Source: an uncultured Acidobacteriaceae bacterium | Lineage (GTDB): Bacteria; Acidobacteriota; Terriglobia; Terriglobales; Acidobacteriaceae | NCBI GenBank assembly: GCA_963821215.1 | Contig: CAWGDH010000019.1 | Coordinates: forward strand, 130,858-194,857 | DNA: 64,000 nt | Direction of reading: 5' to 3' | In this document: positions 18,959 through 28,671 of the stretch, piece after piece | Position numbering within the stretch: position 1 is the first letter of the stretch | Layout of the letters: each line of letters opens with the position of its first letter | Program-made: the position numbers and the translations under genes | Notes under the pieces: generated by a model | Database searches by the model: none | The model's input: only the letters and a program-made list of their open reading frames with translations | What the model was told of the DNA's origin: nothing

Positions 18959-20464
18959 ATGTCGCACTGCCGTTTGAAGCTTGGTCTGTTCCCTTTTCTG
19001 CTCTTGAGCCTTGTGCAGGGCGCTCACCCTCAAGACAGTGCCAAGATAACCGGGCCGCTGGTGGTCTCCAGCAACCCTCACTACTTTAAAGACGCAAACG
19101 GCAAGGCTCTCATCCTGGCCGGCTCGCAGACCTGGAACACGCTTCAGGATTGGGGCACCGGCGGATCCGCCCAGACCCTGGACTTCCCTGCCTTCGTAAA
19201 GTTCCTCACCGCCCACGGGCAGAACTTCACCCTGCTGTGGCGCGTGGAAATGCCGAAATTCTGCTCTCTGCCCTCCACCAGCAGCGCGCCCCCGGAGTTT
19301 ACCGTGAGCCCGCAACCGTGGCAGAGGACAGGTCCTGGCAAGGCGACCGACGGTGGCTTGAAATTCGACCTTACCAAGTTCAACCAGGCCTACTTCGATC
19401 GCCTGCGGGCCAGGACCAAGGCGCTAAACGACGCCGGCATCTATGCCGGTATCTATCTCTTTACCGGAGAGTTCATCAACCTGTTCCGCTGCGCCAGCGA
19501 TGGCTACCCTTTCACCGGCGCGAACAACATCAATGGCATCGACGATGGCTACACCAGCGGTCCCAAAGGCATGGCGTCGATGACCATGACGGCGCCCAAC
19601 GACATCACCCGCTACCAGGATGCCTTTGTGGAGAAAGTAATCGACACCCTGAACGATTTGCCAAATGTGCTGTGGATCGTTTCCGAGGAAGCTCCGAGCA
19701 ATACGAAATGGTTTAACTATTATGAGATCGCGCACATTCGAAAATACGAGGCTCAGAAGCCGCACCAACATCCGATCGGGTTGGCTGGACTTTTACCCTC
19801 GGGAGCGGCCACCGATGCGATTCTCTACAACTCCAATGCGGACTGGGTGGCGCCAAACAGCACCATTTCCCCAATCACCTCCTGCGGAAGCGGCACTCCG
19901 GCCTGCAAGGTGAACGTCAACGACAGCGATCACTCCTACTTCGGCGGCGCGTGGAAGGATACTCCACAGCAGGTTCGCAACTACGTGTGGAAGAACTTCG
20001 CCAACGGCAGCCAGGTGCTGTTCATGGACCCCTACCTGGTCTACTACCCGCGGGAGAACAGGAACCTGTGTATCTCTCCCACCAGGGGAATTTGCTCCGC
20101 TCCGGCCACGCGCTATGAAAACTTCAGAGATAATCTCGGGTACACGGTGAAATATTCCCGCAAGTTGAACCTGGTGAACGTGAACCCCCATCCAGCTCTC
20201 AGTTCCACCGGATATTGTTTAGTGCAAACCCCGCCGGCCGGCGCGGAGTACCTGGTGTACGCTCCTTCCGGCGGATCGTTTACCGTCAATCTGTCAGCCA
20301 TGCCGCGGGCGAGAAGCCTGAAGGTGGAGTGGTTCAACCCGGCAACCGGTAAGACGATGGTCAAGCCTCCGATCCACTCCGGCTCCTCTGCCCAGCCATT
20401 CACCGCGCCGTTCAGCGGCGATGCAGTGCTCTACCTGGTGGATACAACCGGACATGCAAACTAA
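18959..20464 (+). CDS. Secreted TIM-barrel-type glycoside-hydrolase-like protein (family uncertain)
   Basis: ATG at 18959 with a GGAGAGGAAAG SD. Signal peptide MSHCRLKLGLFPFLLLSLVQGAHP. The N-terminal pattern PLVVSSNPHYFKDANGKALILAGSQTWN resembles DUF4038/GH5-like proteins; this is from memory. Confidence 0.45.
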   Translation: MSHCRLKLGLFPFLLLSLVQGAHPQDSAKITGPLVVSSNPHYFKDANGKALILAGSQTWNTLQDWGTGGSAQTLDFPAFVKFLTAHGQNFTLLWRVEMPKFCSLPSTSSAPPEFTVSPQPWQRTGPGKATDGGLKFDLTKFNQAYFDRLRARTKALNDAGIYAGIYLFTGEFINLFRCASDGYPFTGANNINGIDDGYTSGPKGMASMTMTAPNDITRYQDAFVEKVIDTLNDLPNVLWIVSEEAPSNTKWFNYYEIAHIRKYEAQKPHQHPIGLAGLLPSGAATDAILYNSNADWVAPNSTISPITSCGSGTPACKVNVNDSDHSYFGGAWKDTPQQVRNYVWKNFANGSQVLFMDPYLVYYPRENRNLCISPTRGICSAPATRYENFRDNLGYTVKYSRKLNLVNVNPHPALSSTGYCLVQTPPAGAEYLVYAPSGGSFTVNLSAMPRARSLKVEWFNPATGKTMVKPPIHSGSSAQPFTAPFSGDAVLYLVDTTGHAN

Positions 20465-21560
20465 GATAGACATTCAATCCTCACCAGAAAGCAGGGCAAT
20501 TCCTTTGTTGAAAGCGCAGATAAAAACACCGGCTCTCGTGGTCGATATGGACGCGATGGAAGGCAACATCAAGAAGATGGCGGCCTTTTTCGCCGAGGGT
20601 CCGACCCGGTTGCGCCCGCACTATAAGAACCACAAGTGCGTGGCCCTGGCCCGGCGGCAGTTGGCCGCGGGCGCCATCGGCATCACCTGCGCCACGCTGG
20701 GCGAGGCGGAGGCCCTGGCCAGGAACGGGATCACGGGCATCCTGCTGGCCAATGAGATCGCCGGCGCCACCGCGATCGAACGCCTGGTGCAGATCGCGCG
20801 CCTCACCGACATCATGGTGGGGGTCGACAATGAGCGGACCATCGCGGCGCTCTCCGCGGCATCGGCGCGCGCCAAGGTGCCGCTCAATGTGGTGGTCGAC
20901 GTGAACACCGGGATGGGCCGTTGTGGAGTGCTCCCCGGGGAACCGGTCCTGGCTCTGGCCCAGCTTGCAGTGGCGCAGGGTTTGCGCTTGCGCGGCCTGA
21001 TCGGTTATGAAGGGCATTGCGTCCGCTTGAAGCCTGGACCGGACAAGGTCAAGGCTGTACACGAGGCGATGGGCAAGCTGGTCGACTCGGCCAATCTGGT
21101 CCGTGCGCACGGCCTCCCGCTGGAAATTGTCAGCGCCGGCGGAACAGGAACCCATACCATTTCTGGCAGGTTTCCCGGGGTCACCGAGATCCAGGGAGGA
21201 TCGTACATGCTGTGGGATACCGACTACCAAACCGTATGCCCAGAGTTCGAACTGGCCCTCAGTGTGCTGGGAACCGTGATTAGCAGAAGCGGCAACGAGC
21301 GGCTGATTCTCGACATCGGCTTGAAGGAGATCAGCGGCGAGCGCGGAGTTCCGGTGCTGAAAAATGCCGACGGCGCACGTCTGCGCAAGCTGAACGCGGA
21401 GCATGCCGTCGTCGATATCGTCGATCCCAACTTTCCCGCGCAGGTAGGCGACCAGTTGGAGATTTGGGCCCACTACAGCGATGCCACAGTCAATCTCCAT
21501 CGCCATATGTATGGTCTGCGCGATGGGCGAGTGGAAGAGACGTTCCTCCTCGAGAGTTGA
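20454..21560 (+). CDS. DSD1-family PLP enzyme (D-serine dehydratase / D-threonine aldolase-like, alanine-racemase N-domain fold)
   Basis: TPALVVDMDAMEGNIKKM, then RPHYKNHKC (the PLP lysine context), then a C-terminal D-serine-dehydratase-like domain. Confidence 0.7.
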   Translation: MQTKIDIQSSPESRAIPLLKAQIKTPALVVDMDAMEGNIKKMAAFFAEGPTRLRPHYKNHKCVALARRQLAAGAIGITCATLGEAEALARNGITGILLANEIAGATAIERLVQIARLTDIMVGVDNERTIAALSAASARAKVPLNVVVDVNTGMGRCGVLPGEPVLALAQLAVAQGLRLRGLIGYEGHCVRLKPGPDKVKAVHEAMGKLVDSANLVRAHGLPLEIVSAGGTGTHTISGRFPGVTEIQGGSYMLWDTDYQTVCPEFELALSVLGTVISRSGNERLILDIGLKEISGERGVPVLKNADGARLRKLNAEHAVVDIVDPNFPAQVGDQLEIWAHYSDATVNLHRHMYGLRDGRVEETFLLES

Positions 21561-21567
21561 GCAGCTA

Positions 21568-22416
21568 ATGAATGTTTTGCCCGATTTCCTCGAAGACGCC
21601 ATCGATCTGCACGTGCACAGTGCTCCGGACGTGGACGTGCGGCGCTTCAACGATCTGGATCTGGCGCGCGAGGCGGAGCGCGCCGGTATGGGCGCCATCC
21701 TTATCAAGTCTCATCAGAACTCCACGGTGGAGCGCGCCTGGCTGGTCTCGAAGGTGGTCACCGGCATTGAGGTCTTCGGGGGGCTGGTTCTGAACGAGAC
21801 GGTGGGCGGGCTGAACGTTGCCGCGGTGAAGCTCGCGCTTGCCATGGGCGCGAAGGAGATCTGGATGCCCACGCGGTCCGCGCTGAATCACCGTTTGTTT
21901 CACGGGGATTCGGGCGGCATTACCGTTCTCGATGCCGGCGGCGGCCTGGTTCCGGCAGCGCAAGCCATTCTGGAAGCAGTGGCGCAGACCGATTGCATCC
22001 TTAGCACGGGACACTTAAGTCCGCGCGAGGCGGTCGTGCTGATCCACCAGGCGCGTCAATGCGGGGTGAAGAAAGTGCTGGTGACTCATCCCGAATGGGC
22101 GCCTACCTTCTATCCTTTCCAACAACAAAAGGAATTGGCAGCGATGGGCCATGTCTGGTTCGAACGCTGCTTTGTTTCTACCACCCATCTTTGCGGATGC
22201 GTGCCCTTCGCGGTGATTGAACAAGCGATTATCGAAGCCGGTGTGGAGACCACCATCCTCTCCACCGACCTCGGCCAGCCACAGACACCTCCGCCGGCGG
22301 AAGGCTTGCGGCTCTACGCAGAGCGGTTGCGCAGTTCGGGTTTTTCTGTCGATCACATCCGTCAGATGATGTGCGACAATCCGGCTCACCTCCTATCCGC
22401 GAAGGGGCCAGTTTGA
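21568..22416 (+). CDS. Metal-dependent hydrolase-like TIM-barrel protein (amidohydrolase/PHP-like; DUF-type)
   Basis: N-terminal AIDLHVHSAPD metal-binding motif. Tightly packed within the operon. Confidence 0.5.
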   Translation: MNVLPDFLEDAIDLHVHSAPDVDVRRFNDLDLAREAERAGMGAILIKSHQNSTVERAWLVSKVVTGIEVFGGLVLNETVGGLNVAAVKLALAMGAKEIWMPTRSALNHRLFHGDSGGITVLDAGGGLVPAAQAILEAVAQTDCILSTGHLSPREAVVLIHQARQCGVKKVLVTHPEWAPTFYPFQQQKELAAMGHVWFERCFVSTTHLCGCVPFAVIEQAIIEAGVETTILSTDLGQPQTPPPAEGLRLYAERLRSSGFSVDHIRQMMCDNPAHLLSAKGPV

Positions 22417-23414
22417 AAAAATTCAAGGGTGCCTTGATCGGGTGCGGGTTCTTCTCCCAGCATCACCAGGCGGCCTGGCCCCGCATACCCAATGCCGAAA
22501 TCGTAGCCGCTTGCGATCTATCGATCGAAAGGGCCCGGGCCGCGGCCCCGCGAGCTTATACCTCAGTCGAAGAGATGCTGCAGGTGGAAGAGCTGGACTT
22601 CGTCGATATTGCCACTCGTTCGACCACGCACCTGGAGCTGGTCTCGATGGCGGCGGAGCAAGGGCTGGCGATCATTTGTCAAAAGCCCATGGCGCCGGAC
22701 TGGGATACTGCTCGCCGCATGGTCGAGATCTCTGAGAGGCGTGGCGTCCGGTTCATGATTCACGACAACTGGCGGTGGCAATCCTGGTATCGCGCTGCCG
22801 CCGCATTCATTGCCCGGGGCGATATTGGAACCCCGCTGGCTTATGGATTCCGCACCCGGGTCAGCCATGGCGCGGGCGATGAGCCTTATCCGAAACAGGC
22901 ATATTTTCGTCAGCTACAGCGTTTCATGATCGATGAGGTGCTGGTGCACCACATCGACACTGCACGTTTCCTCTTCGGAGACATTGCTTCCGTCTATGCG
23001 GAGGGCGCACGAAGAAACCCTCGCATCGCCGGCGAGGACCATGTGATCCTGACGCTGCGGCACCTGCATGGTGCGCTGGGGTGGGTTGAGGGTCACAGCT
23101 TCATGAAGCACGACGACACCCGGTCGACCCTTGACGAGGCTACCTTCGAGGGAGACGCAGGATCAATCCGAATCAACAGTCTGGGCGAGATCTGGTCTGG
23201 AGAAGAGAGAATCTGGCGCGATTCCGGCGTCGGATACCGTGGTGACAGCGTTTATGCCACGCAGCTCCACTTCATCAAATGCCTGGAGAGCGGGCATCCT
23301 TTCGAAACCGAAGCCCATGACTACGTGAAGAAGACATTTGCCGTAGTCGAAGCAGCCTACTTGAGTATGGCTTCGCATCGCGCGGTCGAAGTCGCCGAAA
23401 TCCTCCAGCGCTGA
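22413..23414 (+). CDS. Gfo/Idh/MocA-family oxidoreductase
   Basis: Rossmann N-terminus KGALIGCGFFSQHH and the EKP-like motif ICQKPMA. The probable TTG start overlaps the upstream TGA. Confidence 0.75.
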   Translation: MKKFKGALIGCGFFSQHHQAAWPRIPNAEIVAACDLSIERARAAAPRAYTSVEEMLQVEELDFVDIATRSTTHLELVSMAAEQGLAIICQKPMAPDWDTARRMVEISERRGVRFMIHDNWRWQSWYRAAAAFIARGDIGTPLAYGFRTRVSHGAGDEPYPKQAYFRQLQRFMIDEVLVHHIDTARFLFGDIASVYAEGARRNPRIAGEDHVILTLRHLHGALGWVEGHSFMKHDDTRSTLDEATFEGDAGSIRINSLGEIWSGEERIWRDSGVGYRGDSVYATQLHFIKCLESGHPFETEAHDYVKKTFAVVEAAYLSMASHRAVEVAEILQR

Positions 23415-23423
23415 CTCCCATTT

Positions 23424-24695
23424 ATGACTCGGATTCCGCAGCTTCGCTGGTGGATTGCCGGCCTTCTGGCTTGCGCCGCCGCGCTCAGCTATCTCGACCG
23501 GCAGAGTTTTCCCGTCGCCAGCATTGAGATTCAAAAGCATATTGCGGTTTCTGACCAGCAATACTCAGTGCTGCAGATGCTTTTTCTTCTTGCTTACTCC
23601 GTGATGTATGCAGGTGGGGGCAAGATCGCGGATTGGCTGGGGACCCGTAAGGGCTACTCGATCCTGATCTTATTTTGGTCCGTTGCCACTGGCTTGCACG
23701 GGCTGGTGAGCAGTGTCTTTGGGCTGGGGATTGCGCGGTTTCTGCTGGGGCTGGGTGAAGGCGGCGGATTTCCCTGTTCGTCCAAAGCTATCTCCGAATG
23801 GTTTCCGGCGGAGGACCGGGCACTCGCTTTCGGCATTTTGAATACTGGATCAAGTCTAGGAGCCGTGATTGCGCCTCCTCTCATTGCGCTGATTATCATT
23901 ACGCTCAACTGGCGGTGGATCTTCTTTTTGACCAGCGCAGCGGGCCTGGTCTGGGCTCTCGTCTGGTGGCTCTTCTACAATCCTCCGGCGGAAGAGAGCT
24001 TCATTACTCCGGAGGAGCTGGAGCATATTCAGCAGTCGCTAGCGAGCGCTCGTCTCGCCGATGAGGCCGCGGCGAAAGACCGCCTCTCCTGGATTGATTT
24101 ATTCAAATACCGGCAATTGTGGGTCTTGCTGGCGGCGAAGTTTCTCACCGATGCGGTATGGTTCTTCTTCATCTTCTGGCTGCCCAAGTATCTCGGCGAC
24201 GTGCGCCACCTGAACATAAAGCAGATTGGTTACTACGCCTGGATCCCCTATGCCCTGGCCGGCGCTGGGAGTTTTACTGGTGGCTGGCTAAGCAGCATGC
24301 TGGTCCGGCGTCACCTGACAGTCAATCTGTCGCGCAAGATATGCCTGGGGCTGAGCGCTGCGATGATGCCGATATCGCTACTGATCGCAAAATCTCCTCT
24401 GGGCTGGGCTCTGGTTATCTTCAGCATGGCTCTCTTTGCACACCAGTTTTGGTCCACTATCCTGCAGACTCTCGCAGCCGATATCTTTCCTTCCGCAGTC
24501 GTCGGTTCGGTCGCCGGGCTGATGGGCGCAGTGGGCTCCTTCGGAGCCATGCTCTTCGACCTGATGGTGGGCTCGGCTCTCACTCATACCCATAGTTATT
24601 CGCTGGTGCTGCTCTCCGCGGGCTTACTGCATCCCATCGCATTCCTGCTCGTTTTGTTTTTGATTCCCAGAATCGAGCCTGCCGCGACCGCGTGA
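23424..24695 (+). CDS. MFS transporter (ACS/hexuronate ExuT-like)
   Basis: 12 TM segments. LSYLDRQSFPVA and G.IADWLGTRKG motifs are typical of the anion:cation symporter subfamily. Confidence 0.8.
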   Translation: MTRIPQLRWWIAGLLACAAALSYLDRQSFPVASIEIQKHIAVSDQQYSVLQMLFLLAYSVMYAGGGKIADWLGTRKGYSILILFWSVATGLHGLVSSVFGLGIARFLLGLGEGGGFPCSSKAISEWFPAEDRALAFGILNTGSSLGAVIAPPLIALIIITLNWRWIFFLTSAAGLVWALVWWLFYNPPAEESFITPEELEHIQQSLASARLADEAAAKDRLSWIDLFKYRQLWVLLAAKFLTDAVWFFFIFWLPKYLGDVRHLNIKQIGYYAWIPYALAGAGSFTGGWLSSMLVRRHLTVNLSRKICLGLSAAMMPISLLIAKSPLGWALVIFSMALFAHQFWSTILQTLAADIFPSAVVGSVAGLMGAVGSFGAMLFDLMVGSALTHTHSYSLVLLSAGLLHPIAFLLVLFLIPRIEPAATA

Positions 24696-24716
24696 AATTC
24701 TGTCCTGACCACAACC

Positions 24717-25004
24717 GAAAGAAACCGCAGGTCCCTCCACTACGCTTCCACGGCTCGCCGGGACAGGTCGCTCCGGTCGGGATGACAATTCTTTTGCAGG
24801 GTCAAGATTTTTCGTTGAAGGCACTTGCGGACACAACAAAATTGTCATCCCGACCGGAGCGTACCCGGATTTCCTACTAAGTGGCACTCATCAACAACCA
24901 CGTATGCGGCTTTCCTTAGGGAAAGCCGCATTCACTCCGCCAACGCCACCAGTCGCAACAGGAGATCCGGGGGAGCGGAGTGGAGGGACCTGCGTTTTTT
25001 TCGG
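24717..25004. repeat. Nested-inverted-repeat element, copy 2
   Basis: Same architecture and core motifs as 18570-18860 (GGTCCCTCCACT...GTCGGGATGACAATTC...GAATTGTCATCCCGAC...AGTGGAGGGACC). It begins right after the MFS stop codon. Confidence 0.85.
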
Positions 25005-25145
25005 TTTGACCGTCCCGCTGTTTGGCACATGGGTAGTTATTCTGGTTTGTCACCAAACTCTGGAGACCAAACTCTAATTCGCATTGCGAAGTGAGCTCCT
25101 AGTGGCGGCCATGTGCTCCTTTAACCACTGGAAGGAGGAAACAGG

Positions 25146-25290
25146 TGAGCACGCCATTTACATGTGGAAGGACTCGCATGCAGAATTTGCCGACTGTCTG
25201 ATCAACGCGCGCAACCGCCGACTAGGGTGTCGCGCCACCGCGACATTCGATCGCAGGGCGCTGAAGCTTCCCGGATTCATAGAAGCTTGA
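25146..25290 (+). pseudogene. vapC 3' remnant (C-terminal ~45 codons of the PIN toxin)
   Basis: It encodes HAIYMWKDSHAEFADCLINARNRRLGCRATATFDRRALKLPGFIEA, nearly identical to the C-terminus of the intact VapC at 35072-35467. vapB and the PIN N-terminus are missing. Confidence 0.75.
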
Positions 25291-25918
25291 CGCACAGCGA
25301 GGCGCTATCGTCTGTCATCTCGCCGCCTGTCCCGCCTTGCCGTGGAGCGTGCCGACTCGCCATGGCGCGTTAAAGAGAAATGAACGACGTTAGCTCGGTT
25401 TGGGGGTTGGCTGTCATTTCGTCTACCGCCTTCCCGGGTTGCCACCAAGCCTTGCCCCCTGGACGGGTGCCCCTCGAGAAGTCAGACTGGATTGGCCTTA
25501 TGAAATGCGCTGGCAATACCAACGCGCTTCATGAGTGTCAATCCAGTCTCTGCCGTTTTTTGAGATGAGAAAGATCGATTGATCCGCCCCTTGGGGCGTG
25601 CCCGGGCAACGGCTCTGGTTGCGGTTTGATTTCAGGAATGCGGTGTTCCCGTCTTGGTTTCCCCTTGAGGTGCCGGCTAAGTCCTTTGTTTTACGAAGAT
25701 GGTCAAATTTTAATTTTTCCCGCCCCCATAAGCTGTTTAGGAGACCGATATTTGCCGCACGATGTGCCGCGGCTCATTCGAGGAGCAGAATCTCAAATCA
25801 TCGGAGTCCTGGTTGGGACGGTATTACAGCTCGGTTTTACCGTCCAGCGTTCTGGGAAAAAAAGATGTGGAAGAAGGGTAGGGGAACTACGGAAATGAAG
25901 AGTTTCGGGGACAACGAC

Positions 25919-26050
25919 CTAGTTTTCGGTGGGGGTCTCATCAATGTGATCGATGACCAGGGCCGGGTAAGAACGTTTGGTCTTTTCAGTTTGAGACCTA
26001 GCTGTCTGTTGACGGCGTCGAAGACGGAGAGGGCGCCATTGGGGTCGGAG
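25919..26050 (-). pseudogene. 3' fragment of a TIGR03435-family gene
   Basis: It encodes ...SDPNGALSVFDAVNRQLGLKLK..., matching the C-terminus of the ORF at 36095-36937. Homology stops at 26050. Confidence 0.7.
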
Positions 26051-26115
26051 GCGTTAGCCCTTTCGGTGTACAGATTCTTGTTCACATGAAAGGAGGATTG
26101 AGCCACAGCTGACGA

Positions 26116-26700
26116 TACGGTGTTGATGCTAGCCAGATCAATTTTCCCAATGGCAACGTAGACTATACCAAGGTTCATGACCAAGTGGTGGCCATCGATC
26201 CCACCAACATGACCGTTACCTTGAATCTGATCAACGGCTTCAGCTTCGGCCGCCCGGTTTGGTACCTATCCATGGATGCCAGCAACACCCTAGCAGCAAC
26301 AATCGAGCACAACACCTATGCACCACTGATGAATATGCTTCTCCTTGGATGACGACAGCTTCGGCAGCCCGATCGAGCGCATATTTATCGCCACCAATGG
26401 CACGGAAGGGTGCGACAATCCTCAGCGTCAAGGGCTGTCAGCTGACCTGGCGGATGGCCACAGGCCGAACAATACTCTAGGCGGGATTCCCACGCTCGCT
26501 CTCGACTATAGTCCCGCATGGAACGCACAGTTGTATACCTGGACCGACGATGCTATTTCTAAGGGCTACCGCCAGCAACTTCGCGAGGAGTTCCAGATTC
26601 TCACCTACGCACAAGACGGTCTAATCACCGGATTTCGTGCTGGAACAGCATTCGGCAGCTCTGGTTTCTCAATCAACTGCCCGAGCCAGGGAAAACGGTG
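26116..26700 (+). pseudogene. Frameshifted remnant of an unidentified gene
   Basis: A protein-like reading (..VVAIDPTNMTVTLNLINGFSFGRPVWYLSMDASNTLAATIEHNTYAPLM) hits a stop at about 26350. It then continues in another frame (DDDSFGSPIERIFIATNGTEGCDNPQRQGL...). There is no start codon or N-terminus. Confidence 0.4.
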
Positions 26701-26851
26701 TTCGAGCAGCGCGAGAACCATTTCGACAAAGCTTTGGGGTTGGGTTTCGTTGTTGTCCATCAAGGCTCCCGCGTGCAAGCGAGCATGCGCCTGAGTTGCG
26801 TCCTTTTTCCAGAACTCGACTCGTCGGGCATCCCGTCCTCCGCCCTGTGGA

Positions 26852-27760
26852 CTACATGACGAGAGCCGATGGATTCTCTGTATTTTCAAGGCTCGGGCAT
26901 AACCAGCTCAACTCCGAGGCGTGAGCAAAGCTCTCGCGGAGTAGTTCGGCCTGCCCTTCGGCTGTTAGCGTGGTTTTTTTAAAGGCTTGCGTCACTGCTT
27001 CTGCTACAGGGGCGCCGGCACGCAACGCCCTCAACAGCAGGAAGGTTTCTCGTGCGATCCGGCGATAGTACACCGAATCCTCGAAGCGATGAACGGCAAG
27101 GTAAACGCGCTGCCGCTTCATTGCTGGGAGTCTCATCCGAGTACACATTCCACGCTGAGTCGCCGCACTGCTTACAATGTCGGTCTCAGGCGTTCCTTTT
27201 TTTACCGCAAGCACGAGAGTGTCCACCGGATAGCTCAGTTCAAGCAGCTGAAGATGGGGTTGCAGGAGAAGCCTTGAGTCTGGCCCGACCGAGCCGGCAT
27301 ATTCAGCCGTAACCGGGTCCAAATGTTTCCCATCAAAGGCTTCGACGTACGCCCACTCAAGCCTCGCAACATCGACCGCGAGACGGTGACGCCTTCCGGT
27401 GAACTCGGGATGCGCATCGAGGAATGCCGGGAGCGTCGAACCGAGATCCCGCAGGGTCCAGGACATGGAAGGGTTCTCGGCGAGGTAAGCCAGGATCAAC
27501 GCGTCGAACCGCTTCGGCCCCAGTAAAGCATTGAGGGTTGGGAAATCCTCGGAAACCGCCCTGATGAGGCGGAACCAGTACTGACGGTTGTAGATCTCCA
27601 GGCGCTCGAAAGAGGAGAGGCGCGGGTTCGGTGCAATGTAGCTCGTCGCGATCTCCTCTGTCGATCCACCATTCTCGGTGGTCTTCTGCATCTCGTAATC
27701 CGCAGTCAATGGCCTACGGACATCTTCGGCCATACGCCGCTGTAATTCGAGCAGGGTCAT
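26852..27760 (-). CDS. DUF2063-family protein (BufC/MbnC-like partner of the MNIO enzyme)
   Basis: 302 aa. Its start overlaps the upstream DUF692 stop by 4 nt. The N-terminal pattern LQRRMAEDVRRPL...RLEIYNRQYWFRL is typical of DUF2063. Confidence 0.8.
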   Translation of the reverse strand: MTLLELQRRMAEDVRRPLTADYEMQKTTENGGSTEEIATSYIAPNPRLSSFERLEIYNRQYWFRLIRAVSEDFPTLNALLGPKRFDALILAYLAENPSMSWTLRDLGSTLPAFLDAHPEFTGRRHRLAVDVARLEWAYVEAFDGKHLDPVTAEYAGSVGPDSRLLLQPHLQLLELSYPVDTLVLAVKKGTPETDIVSSAATQRGMCTRMRLPAMKRQRVYLAVHRFEDSVYYRRIARETFLLLRALRAGAPVAEAVTQAFKKTTLTAEGQAELLRESFAHASELSWLCPSLENTENPSALVM

Positions 27761-28638
27761 AGGTAGGCCTCCTTGGCCAGCGTAAATTCCTGCGGAATAG
27801 GGGATTCTCTCGCGAGAAGAAAGCGGTTGGCCTTGAGCGCCTCGGCATGCACCTCTTCAAAAGAGGGGATATTATCATCCCACTCAAGCAGTGTGGCGGT
27901 TGGACCGCAACGCTCAATGGCGCGCTGGTAGAGCTTCCAGACGGGATCGAGGACCGGGTGATCGTGCGTATCGAGGATGTACTTCTCGAACTTCGAGTGG
28001 CCTGCGATATGGATCTGTGCAACACGTTCCGCAGGGATGCTGTTAACGTACACCATTGGGTCGAAATCGTGATTCTGGGAAGAGACATAGATATTGTTGA
28101 CGTCAAGAAGAATCCCGCAATCGGCCGCATGAACGACCTCACTCAGGAACTCCCACTCGGTCATCTCCGAGTCGTGGTACTCGGCATAGCTGCTGACGTT
28201 CTCCACGGCTACAGGAATCTCAAGGTAATCCTGAACCATGCACACGCGTTCAGCAGTAGTACGGATGGCTTCAAACGTGTAAGGAAGAGGAAGGAGATCA
28301 TGCGTGTAGCGGCCGTCCACGCTGCCCCAGCAAAGATGGTCGGACAGCCAAGGGGTCTTGGTCCGCTTCGTCAGTTCCTTGACCCGCCTTAGATGGTCAC
28401 GGTTCAACGGCTGCGCACTGCCAAAGTACATGGACACGCCATGTTGAACGACTCGATATTGATCGAGAGTCTGGTCAAGAATTCTCAGTGGCCGCCCACC
28501 ATCGACCATGTAGTTCTCCGAGATAATCTCGAACCAATCGACTATCGGTTTCTTTGAGAAGATGTGGTCATAATGCGGCACTCTCAGACCGATGCCGACG
28601 CCATAGTCGGTATATCCATTGAAACGATTGGCTGGCAT
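27757..28638 (-). CDS. DUF692 multinuclear non-heme iron oxidase (MNIO; BufB/MbnB-like)
   Basis: YGVGIGLRVPHYDHIF...VDWFEIISENYM at the N-terminus, with His/Asp/Glu-rich TIM-barrel motifs (HGVSMYFGS, LSDHLCW, VENVSSY, LLDVNNIYVS, IHIAGH). ATG at 28638 with a GGAG SD; a TTG at 28662 is an alternative. Confidence 0.85.
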   Translation of the reverse strand: MPANRFNGYTDYGVGIGLRVPHYDHIFSKKPIVDWFEIISENYMVDGGRPLRILDQTLDQYRVVQHGVSMYFGSAQPLNRDHLRRVKELTKRTKTPWLSDHLCWGSVDGRYTHDLLPLPYTFEAIRTTAERVCMVQDYLEIPVAVENVSSYAEYHDSEMTEWEFLSEVVHAADCGILLDVNNIYVSSQNHDFDPMVYVNSIPAERVAQIHIAGHSKFEKYILDTHDHPVLDPVWKLYQRAIERCGPTATLLEWDDNIPSFEEVHAEALKANRFLLARESPIPQEFTLAKEAYL

Positions 28639-28671
28639 GTATGCTCCGCGGACGATGATCAAGAAGAAGGG

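Larger units (their letters stand above)
24808..26050. repeat. Segmental duplication, copy A (direct repeat of 34427-36227, carrying a 556-bp internal deletion)
   Basis: Base-by-base comparison shows near identity with copy B from ATTTTTCGTTGA(A/G)GGCACTTGCGG to GCCATTGGGGTCGGAG. Confidence 0.9.

Noticed and set aside
18539-18977. Short ORFs encoding …SSRPERTRISY… / …GRDDNS… peptides, also seen at 24692-25094 and 34445-34715
   Set aside because: They lie wholly inside nested inverted repeats, appear on both strands, and differ by indels that break frame between copies.
20481-21707. 408-aa minus-strand ORF antisense to the DSD1-type gene
   Set aside because: It is Arg/Ala/Gly/Pro-rich and low-complexity, as expected for the antisense frame of a high-GC gene. 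It has no motif, and the sense strand has clear PLP-enzyme motifs.
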